A stretch of DNA of 43,826 nt from a bacterium (GTDB lineage Bacteria > Desulfobacterota > DSWW01): assembly GCA_040756235.1 (NCBI GenBank), contig JBFLZG010000082.1, positions 1 through 43,826 on the forward strand, in the 5' to 3' direction. Below, piece by piece: positions 36,974 to 43,826 of this stretch. Both the position numbers and the translations under genes were made by a program. Below the pieces are notes generated by a model. That model made no database searches and was not told the origin of the DNA. It saw nothing but the letters and a program-made list of their open reading frames with translations. Position 1 is the stretch's first letter, and the number at the start of each line of letters is the position of its first letter.

Positions 36974-38470
36974 TCAGTTCCTCCCATACGTCTCGACCGT
37001 CTTCCGCAGCCTCTCGGACAGGGCGGGCGTGAGCCGGCCCGGCTCGAGACGATATTTCCAGTTGCCCTCGCGTACGGCGGGGCGGTTCATGCGCGCCTCG
37101 TCTCCGAGGCCCAGAAGGTCCTGCACCGGCAGGATGACCGTGTTCGCAACCGACCCCATGAGGAGCCGGATCAGCTCCCAGGCCAGCTCGTCGGGCGGGA
37201 CCGGGCGGCCCAGATAACGGAAGAGCCTCTCCTTGTCTTCAGGGGTCGCTTCCTTCTCGAACCACCCCCGCACCGTGTTGGTGTCGTGAGTCCCCGTGTA
37301 CGCCACCGAGTTGGCGGGCAGATTGTGCGGTATGTAGGGATTCTCGGGCATCTTGTCGCCGAAGGCGAACAGCAACACCTTCATTCCGGGGATGTCGAAC
37401 CGCGCCATCACTTCCCTGACCGCGGGCGTCACGCTGCCGAGGTCTTCGGCGACGAGCGGCAGGTAGGGAAGCTTCTTGGCCAGCCTGCGGAAGAAATCGT
37501 CCGCGGGCGCCTCGCACCAGCGGCCGTTGATGGCCGACTTCTCCGCGGCCGGCACGGCCCAGTATGTGACCATGCCGATGAAGTGATCGATGCGGACCAG
37601 ATCGAAGAGCTCCAGGTTGTGGACGATCCGGTCCATCCACCACCGGTACCCCGTTCTTTGCAGCGCGTCCCAGCGGTAGATCGGATTCCCCCAGAGCTGT
37701 CCGGTGCTGCTGAAGTAATCAGGGGGCACCCCGGCCACCACGGTCGGCCTCTTTTCTTCATCCAGATGAAACAGCTCGGGATGGGTCCATAGGTCCGCGC
37801 TGTCGAGGTCGACGTAGATCGGCATGTCTCCGAAAAGCTGCAGGTCCAGCCGGCTGCCGTATTGGCGCAGCCGCGCCCATTGCGCGAAGAAGACGAACTG
37901 AATGAACCGTTCTCTCTCGATCCGGTCGGCAAGCTCTTTTCGGGCGGCGGCAAGCGATTCCACGTGCCGGTCCCGGAGGTCTCGTGGCCAACCCGTCCAT
38001 ATGCGGCCGTCGAAGTGCGTCCTCAGGGCCTTGAACAGCGCAAAGTCGTCCAGCCAGTGCGCCTGCTCCTTGCAGAAGCGCTCGTAATCCGCCGCGAGCT
38101 TGCGGCGCGTGAACCGCTCGAAGGCCCGTTCCAGCAGGGGCGTCTTGTAGGTCCGGACCGCATCGAAAGCGACCTCGGCGGCCGGAAACGCCGGCACCGG
38201 CTCCAGGTCCGACGGCTCCAGAAGACCTTCCTCCACGAGAACATCCGGGCTGATGAGCATCGGGTTGCCGGCAAAGGCCGAGATGCTGTGGTAGGGCGTG
38301 TTGTGATGGATCGGCTCCGTCGGATTCAAGGGAAGGATCTGCCACAGGCTCTGCCCGGCCGCGGCCAGGAAGTCCGCGAAACGGCAAGCCTCGGGACCCA
38401 TGTCCCCGATGCCGTAGCGGGACGGCAGCGAGGTGATGTGCAGGAGCAGTCCGCTACCCCTTCTCTTCAT
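36974..38470 (-). CDS. malQ: 4-alpha-glucanotransferase (amylomaltase)
   Basis: [68 protein letters not shown] overlap with glgX. Confidence 0.96.
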   Translation of the reverse strand: MKRRGSGLLLHITSLPSRYGIGDMGPEACRFADFLAAAGQSLWQILPLNPTEPIHHNTPYHSISAFAGNPMLISPDVLVEEGLLEPSDLEPVPAFPAAEVAFDAVRTYKTPLLERAFERFTRRKLAADYERFCKEQAHWLDDFALFKALRTHFDGRIWTGWPRDLRDRHVESLAAARKELADRIERERFIQFVFFAQWARLRQYGSRLDLQLFGDMPIYVDLDSADLWTHPELFHLDEEKRPTVVAGVPPDYFSSTGQLWGNPIYRWDALQRTGYRWWMDRIVHNLELFDLVRIDHFIGMVTYWAVPAAEKSAINGRWCEAPADDFFRRLAKKLPYLPLVAEDLGSVTPAVREVMARFDIPGMKVLLFAFGDKMPENPYIPHNLPANSVAYTGTHDTNTVRGWFEKEATPEDKERLFRYLGRPVPPDELAWELIRLLMGSVANTVILPVQDLLGLGDEARMNRPAVREGNWKYRLEPGRLTPALSERLRKTVETYGRN

Positions 38471-40728
38471 GTGGGCACTCCTTCGCTTCCGGGTGCGCTC
38501 CGGATCGGCGGTCTCCTCCTCGCACTTCGAGGCAGCCGAAACAGTCTCTGGTGGCGCGTGCGCGTGATCTCCTTCTGCTCGGCCAGCCCCCTCTGCAGCC
38601 GGAAAAGCGCCAGGGAGCGGGCCTCCATCTCGTACGGCTCGCCGCCACGCAGGAGAAACTGCTTGCGCGTTCCCTGCGCTTCCCGGGTGTCCAGAAGCAG
38701 CTCCCAGCGCAGCTTGGGCCGGTGAGCGGGCAGCACGCAAGACACAGGCTCGTGGTGCGCATTGAGAATGATGAGCAGCGTGTCGTCGATGATCCGATTG
38801 CCGCGGGCGTCGACGTCCTCGATGGCGTCGCCGGCCAACCGGACGGCAACGGTCCGGAGCTGGTGGTTTCTCCAGTCCTCCTCGGACATGAGCTTGCCGT
38901 CCGGCTGGAACCAGGAGAGGTCGGTGACCTCGGAGCCGCGGATCCTGCGCCCCCGGAAGAAGTTCGGCCGCCTCAGGACCGGGTGCCGCCGGACGATTTC
39001 GATCACCAGCCTCGTGAACTCGAGCAGCTCGAGCTCGCGGCCGGTCAGGTTCCAGTTCATCCAGGAAATCTCGTTGTCCTGGCAATAGGCATTGTTGTTC
39101 CCCTTCTGGGTCCGCATGATCTCGTCCCCGGCCAGGAGCATCGGCACTCCCTGAGACAGAAGCAGCGTTGCCAGGAGGTTGCGCATCTGCCGGGCGCGAA
39201 GGCTCAGGATGTTGGGATCGTCGGTCGGCCCTTCGGCCCCGCAGTTCCAGCTCAGGTTGTCATCGGTTCCGTCCCGGTTGTCCTCGCCGTTGGCTTCGTT
39301 GTGCTTCCCGTTGTAGCTGACCAGGTCCTGGAGGGTGAACCCGTCGTGGGCAGTGACGAAGTTGACGCTGGCGTAGGGCCGCCTCCCGCTGCGCTCGTAA
39401 AGGTCGCTCGAGCCCATCAGGCGATAAGCCAGATCGCCCAGCTGCCCTTCGTCCCCTTTCCAGAAACGCCGGAGCGTGTCCCGGTACCTTCCGTTCCACT
39501 CGGCCCAGAGGACCGGGAAGTTCCCGACCTGGTAGCCCCCTTCGCCCAGGTCCCACGGCTCGGCGATGAGCTTCACCTGCGAGAGGACCGGGTCCTGGTG
39601 GATGATGTCGAAGAAGGCGCCCAGCCGGTCCACCTCGTGCAGCTCCCTCGCCAGGGTGGAAGCCAGATCGAAGCGGAACCCGTCCACGTGCATTTCGAGC
39701 ACCCAGTAGCGCAGGCTGTCCATGATGAGCTGGAGCACCCGGGGATGGGTCATGTTCAGCGTGTTGCCGGTGCCGGTGTAGTCCATGTAGTACCGGCGGT
39801 CGCCGTGCACGAGCCGATAGTAGGCGGCGTTGTCGATCCCTTTGAAGCAGAGGGTCGGCCCCAGGTGATTGCCCTCGGCCGTGTGGTTGTAGACGACGTC
39901 CAGGATGACTTCGATCCCTTCGCGGTGAAGCGTCTTGACCAGGGTCTTGAACTCGTTGACCTGTTGACCCAGTCCGCTGCCGCTGCAGTAGCGCCGGTCC
40001 GGCGCAAAGAAGCCGATCGAGTTGTAACCCCAGTAGTTCGTCAGGCCCCGGTCGACCAGGTGCTTGTCGGCAATGAACTGGTGCACCGGCAGGAGCTCCA
40101 CGGCCGTGATGCCCAGCGACTTCAGATAATCGATCGACGCAGGGCAGGCGAGGCCGCCGTAAGTGCCCCGCAGCTCTTCGGGGACGCGGGGGTTCGAGGC
40201 GCTGAAGCCCTTGACGTGCACCTCGTAGATGAGCGTCTCGTTCCACGAGGTCCGGAGCAGGGAATCACCGTCCCAGCTGAAGGCCGGGTCGACGACCACG
40301 CACTTGGGCAGGCCCTCCGCGCTGTCCCGCTCGTCCCGCGAGAGGTCCGCCTCCGGATGCCCGATGGTGTACCCGAACAGGGCATCGCTCCACTGGACGC
40401 GCGCGGCGATCGCCTTGGCGTACGGGTCCAGGAGGAGCTTGGCCGGATTGAACCGGTGTCCCTCGCGCGGTGCGTACGGCCCGTGCACCCGATAGCCATA
40501 AAGCTGTCCGGGCCGGATCTCAGGGAGGTAGATGTGCCAGGCAAGGTCGGTCTGCTCTCTCAAAGGGATCCGGGCGATCTCGTGACCGGTCTGGGAGTCA
40601 AACAGACAGAGCTCCACACCGGTGGCGTTCTCGGAAAAAAGGGAAAAGTTCACGCCCGCCCCGTCCCAGGTCGCGCCCAGCGGGTAGGGCTTGCCAGGCC
40701 ACGTTTCGAACGACGTATTCCTGAGCAT
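38467..40728 (-). CDS. glgX: Glycogen debranching enzyme
   Basis: [79 protein letters not shown]. Confidence 0.97.
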   Translation of the reverse strand: MLRNTSFETWPGKPYPLGATWDGAGVNFSLFSENATGVELCLFDSQTGHEIARIPLREQTDLAWHIYLPEIRPGQLYGYRVHGPYAPREGHRFNPAKLLLDPYAKAIAARVQWSDALFGYTIGHPEADLSRDERDSAEGLPKCVVVDPAFSWDGDSLLRTSWNETLIYEVHVKGFSASNPRVPEELRGTYGGLACPASIDYLKSLGITAVELLPVHQFIADKHLVDRGLTNYWGYNSIGFFAPDRRYCSGSGLGQQVNEFKTLVKTLHREGIEVILDVVYNHTAEGNHLGPTLCFKGIDNAAYYRLVHGDRRYYMDYTGTGNTLNMTHPRVLQLIMDSLRYWVLEMHVDGFRFDLASTLARELHEVDRLGAFFDIIHQDPVLSQVKLIAEPWDLGEGGYQVGNFPVLWAEWNGRYRDTLRRFWKGDEGQLGDLAYRLMGSSDLYERSGRRPYASVNFVTAHDGFTLQDLVSYNGKHNEANGEDNRDGTDDNLSWNCGAEGPTDDPNILSLRARQMRNLLATLLLSQGVPMLLAGDEIMRTQKGNNNAYCQDNEISWMNWNLTGRELELLEFTRLVIEIVRRHPVLRRPNFFRGRRIRGSEVTDLSWFQPDGKLMSEEDWRNHQLRTVAVRLAGDAIEDVDARGNRIIDDTLLIILNAHHEPVSCVLPAHRPKLRWELLLDTREAQGTRKQFLLRGGEPYEMEARSLALFRLQRGLAEQKEITRTRHQRLFRLPRSARRRPPIRSAPGSEGVPT

Positions 40729-40880
40729 GGACACCCCCTCGTTGCGGGTTCCCGACCACGGCAGCGGCCGCGGCCCGGCATCCGGTCATGGGCGGATGCA
40801 TGCGTGCGCGGTGGTAGCCTGGGTCCGGGCGGCTCGGAGATGAATCGGACCCACGACCCTGGGTCGAAATATACAACTCA

Positions 40881-42068
40881 TCAGATGATCCCTGAAGCCC
40901 GGAGGTCTTCGATCTCGGACGCGGACAGACCCCCCCAGCCCCGGAGGACCTCATCGGTGTGCTCCCCCAGCTCCGGGCATGCCTGGTCCACGCGGCACGG
41001 CGTCCTCATGAACTTCATCGGTGTACCGACGACGTCCAGGCTGCCGCCCCCGGAACGCTCGACCTTCACGAACATCTCCCTCTCGCGCACGTGCGGGTCG
41101 GCCGCCACCTCGTCCACGCGGTTCACGGGACCGCACATGACGCCGGCGGCGCTCAGCCGCTCGATCCACTCCTGCGTGGTTCGGGTGCGCATCAGGGCGT
41201 TCATCTGCGCCACGAAGACCTCGTAGTTCCGCAGGCGTCCTTCCAGGGTCGCGAAGCGCTCGTCCGCGATCCATTCTTCCCTGCCTGCGGCCTTGCAGAA
41301 CCGTTTCCAATCCTCGTCGAACTGGGCGATCAGGACCAGGTGTCCGTCCCGCGTGGGGAAGGCCTGAAAGGGCGTGAACAGGGGGTGCCGGGAGCCCAGC
41401 GGGCCCGGCACTTCGCCTGTTGCGAAATACCTGGCAAAGGCGTTCTCGCACAGGGCCACCTGGGCATCGAGCATGGCCACGTCGATCCATTGCCCCCGGC
41501 CGCTTTTTCCCCGCTCGTGGAGGGCGGCCAGCACCGCGATCGCGGTAAAGAGCGCGGCCCCGATGTCGCCCACCGAAAAGCCCACCCGGGCAGGAGGGCC
41601 CCCGGGCTCTCCCGTGATGCTGAGGACGCCCCCCATGCCCTGCGCGATCATATCGAAAGCCGGTCTCTGGGCATAAGCGCCCTTCTGGCCGAATCCGGAG
41701 AGCGAAGCGTAGACAATCCCCGGGTTCTCGGCTCGTACCGCTTCGTACCCCAGCCCGAGCCGCTCCATCACGCCCGGCCGGAAGTTCTCGAGGAGGATGT
41801 CGGCCGCTCTCAGCAACCGGAAGACGACCGGCCTCGCGGCCGGGTGCTTCAAGTCGAGGGTCACGCTCTTCTTGCCGCGGTTGATGCTGAGAAAGTACGA
41901 GCTCACCCCGTCGACGAAGGGGCCCGCGAACCGGGCGAGGTCTCCCGTCCTGGGGGCCTCTATCTTGACGACCTCGGCGCCCATGTCGGCGAGGAGCATG
42001 TCCGCATAGGGGCCTGCGAGCATCCGGCAGAAGCTCAATACTTTGAGCCCGGTGAGCGGTCCGGCCAT
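40881..42068 (-). CDS. CoA-transferase family III (CaiB/BaiF)
   Basis: PLTGLKVL, LAGPY...LADMGAEVVKIE, NRGKKS, ENFRPG, VGDIGAA (catalytic D), PELGEHT. Confidence 0.95.
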   Translation of the reverse strand: MAGPLTGLKVLSFCRMLAGPYADMLLADMGAEVVKIEAPRTGDLARFAGPFVDGVSSYFLSINRGKKSVTLDLKHPAARPVVFRLLRAADILLENFRPGVMERLGLGYEAVRAENPGIVYASLSGFGQKGAYAQRPAFDMIAQGMGGVLSITGEPGGPPARVGFSVGDIGAALFTAIAVLAALHERGKSGRGQWIDVAMLDAQVALCENAFARYFATGEVPGPLGSRHPLFTPFQAFPTRDGHLVLIAQFDEDWKRFCKAAGREEWIADERFATLEGRLRNYEVFVAQMNALMRTRTTQEWIERLSAAGVMCGPVNRVDEVAADPHVREREMFVKVERSGGGSLDVVGTPMKFMRTPCRVDQACPELGEHTDEVLRGWGGLSASEIEDLRASGII

Positions 42069-42198
42069 GTGGGGTCCTCCCCTTTCGACTGGGGTCTCCC
42101 GGGCGGAGGGGGTGAAGCCCGGATCTTCGGAGATGGTGACTTCTCGAGATTATCTGGATTCTAGGGAACGAGGGGGAAAGCTGCAATGGAGGCCCGAC

Positions 42199-42228
42199 TT
42201 GCCAGGAGGCAAGAAAAGGCGATAAGGT
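42199..42228 (+). promoter_or_regulatory. Possible sigma70 promoter for the OYE gene
   Basis: TTGCCA-18 bp-TAAGGT in the divergent intergenic region. Confidence 0.3.
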
Positions 42229-42274
42229 TTTGGAGAGACCCCCGCATTTCGCTCACCTACCATGGAGATCCTTC

Positions 42275-43420
42275 ATGCAGCACCTGTTCGAGCCCTTTTC
42301 CATCAACGGAATGAAGATCAGGAACCGGATCGCCCGGTCGGCCACCTACGAAGGCCTCGGCAACGCCCGGGGCGAGCCCACCCGGAAGCTCGCAGACCTC
42401 TACCGGGCCCTGGCAGAGGGCGAGGTGGGATTGCTCATCACGAGCGCGGCTCTCATTCAGCGGCCCAAGGTGGAGCTGCCCGAGGCGGCAGGCCTGGCCT
42501 ATCCGATCTTCATGGACCGGGACGAGCTGGCGGCACTGTGGCGTCCGCTCGTTGCCGAGGTGCGGGCGCGGGGCGCCACGCTCGCCATGCAGGTCGTGCA
42601 CCCCGGCAGACGGGAGGCCACCTGGCTTCGGGGCGGCGAGCCCCCGCTGGCGCCCTCGGCCTTGCAGGAGAAGAAGGCCGGTGTGGTGCCCCGGGCGATG
42701 ACCGAGTCCGAGATCCGCGAGGTGGTCGAGCAGTTCGGTCAGGCCTGCCGCCGAGTGAAGGAGGCCGGCTTCGACGGCGTCCAGCTCCACGGCGGCCATG
42801 ACACCCTCCTCAACAGCTTCCTCTCGCCCCTGGCCAATGTCCGGACCGATGCCTACGGCGGGGACACGGCCAGGCGGTCCAGGATCGTCCTGGAGGTCGT
42901 TCGCCGGGCACGGGAGCTGGTCGGAAAGGACTTCCCGATCCTGATCAAGCTGGGCTGCGACGATTTCGTGCCGGGGGGGCTGGAAGTGGAGGAGGCCGCG
43001 CGGGTGGCCGTGCTGCTGGCGGAGGCGGGCATCGACGGCATCGAGATCACCGGCGGTATTCTGGAGACCCATGACGAGATCAGCCGCAAGGGCATCGACC
43101 GGGAAGAGAAGGAGGCCTATTTCAGGACCTACGCGGAGGCGCTCCGAAAGGTCGTGCGCACGCCCCTCCTGCTCGTCGGCGGAATGCGTTCTCCGGCGGT
43201 CATCGAAAAAATCCTGTCGGAGAACACGGCTGACATGGTGTCTCTCTCCCGGCCTTTCATCCGGGAGCCGCAACTGGTGAAACGTTGGAAAGAGGGGGAC
43301 CTCCGGAAGGCCGCATGCGTTTCCTGCAACCAGTGCCGCGACAACACTTTCCTGCAGCCGCTGCGCTGCTACGTGGAAGAGGCGATCCGGAGGAAGAAGG
43401 AAGACAAAGAAAGTAGGTAG
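42275..43420 (+). CDS. NADH:flavin oxidoreductase (Old Yellow Enzyme family) with C-terminal Cys cluster
   Basis: LFEP..INGM.IRNRI.RSAT, AGFDGVQLHGGH, N.RTD.YGG, LVGGMRS, SLSRPFIREP, CVSCNQC...C. Confidence 0.94.
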   Translation: MQHLFEPFSINGMKIRNRIARSATYEGLGNARGEPTRKLADLYRALAEGEVGLLITSAALIQRPKVELPEAAGLAYPIFMDRDELAALWRPLVAEVRARGATLAMQVVHPGRREATWLRGGEPPLAPSALQEKKAGVVPRAMTESEIREVVEQFGQACRRVKEAGFDGVQLHGGHDTLLNSFLSPLANVRTDAYGGDTARRSRIVLEVVRRARELVGKDFPILIKLGCDDFVPGGLEVEEAARVAVLLAEAGIDGIEITGGILETHDEISRKGIDREEKEAYFRTYAEALRKVVRTPLLLVGGMRSPAVIEKILSENTADMVSLSRPFIREPQLVKRWKEGDLRKAACVSCNQCRDNTFLQPLRCYVEEAIRRKKEDKESR

Positions 43421-43791
43421 CGGGCAGCATAGAGCTTTTACGATGCGTCCACTACCGTGGATCCAAGAGGGGGTCGAAAAATGAATTCCCTCTCCCCCGT
43501 GCGCGGGGGGAGAGGGTCAGGGTGAGGGGGAATCAGGAAGCCAATTACACCCCTCATCCTGACCTTCTCCCCTCGGCGAGGGGAGAAGGATGAAATAATC
43601 GACAGCCAGTGCCGCGACAACACTTTCCTGCAGCCGCTGCGCTGCTACGTGGAAGAAGCCATCCGGAAGAAGAAGGAAGGCAAAGAAAACAGATAACGGG
43701 CAACATGGAGCTTTTACGATGCGTCCGCTACCGTGGATCCGGGAGGGGGTCGAAAAATGAATTCCCTCTCCCCCGTGCGCGGGGGAGAGGG
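43330..43791 (+). repeat. Imperfect ~186-bp direct repeat (43330-43516 and 43606-43791) covering the OYE 3' end and downstream DNA
   Basis: Both copies begin CCAGTGCCGCGACAACACTTTCCTGCAGCCG and end TTCCCTCTCCCCCGTGCGCGGGGG(G)AGAGGG. Confidence 0.95.
43486..43590. repeat. REP doublet (CCCTCTCCC...GGGAGAGGGTCAGGGTGAGGG family)
   Basis: TTCCCTCTCCCCC..GGGGGAGAGGGTCAGGGTGAGGGG followed by the inverted copy CCCCTCATCCTGACCTTCTCCCC..GGGGAGAAGGA. Confidence 0.8.
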
Positions 43792-43826
43792 GATGATCGA
43801 GCGTGGCGGGGGAGTCGTGGTCTTCC

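Noticed and set aside
33634..41226. Very long plus-strand ORFs (1132 aa, 891 aa) and similar antisense ORFs elsewhere (2985..5165, 28158..30953, 8093..9667)
   Set aside because: Shadow ORFs of high-GC genes (treS, glgX, treY, etc.); no motifs and atypical composition
1..43826. tRNA, rRNA, CRISPR array, intact transposase or prophage
   Set aside because: None recognised by eye; small RNAs could be missed without covariance searches

Overview
High-GC bacterial chromosomal window, probably from an anaerobic Deltaproteobacteria/Desulfobacterota-like organism (inferred from gene content only). Left part: ABC-2 exporter trio, EcsC-family protein, a degenerate 5'-nucleotidase-like protein fused to a probable outer-membrane barrel, a coiled-coil lipoprotein, two MaoC hydratases plus an acyl-CoA synthetase, a VOC protein, a small Ig-like surface protein with a C-terminal anchor, and a truncated MFS/spermidine-synthase fusion. 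Centre: an uncharacterised ferredoxin / LarA-like / MoCF-domain operon, an FMN reductase, a corrinoid protein plus URO-D-family methyltransferase, and several gene remnants. About 20.0-25.35 kb is visibly lower in GC and reads as a decaying integron cassette array with no intI in the window. It has attC sites with cassette-matched R'/R'' cores, an attI-like site and an upstream sigma70 promoter. Its four intact cassettes each encode a different defence-type effector: beta-sandwich plus NDT-like, PD-(D/E)XK nuclease, Ymh/TIGR02391 HEPN, and TIR plus unknown domain. Right part: HSL esterase, a glgX-malQ-treS/mak-treZ-treY-treT glycogen/trehalose cluster, a family III CoA-transferase and an Old Yellow Enzyme whose 3' end is duplicated downstream. 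All family calls are by-eye motif recognition; no searches were run.
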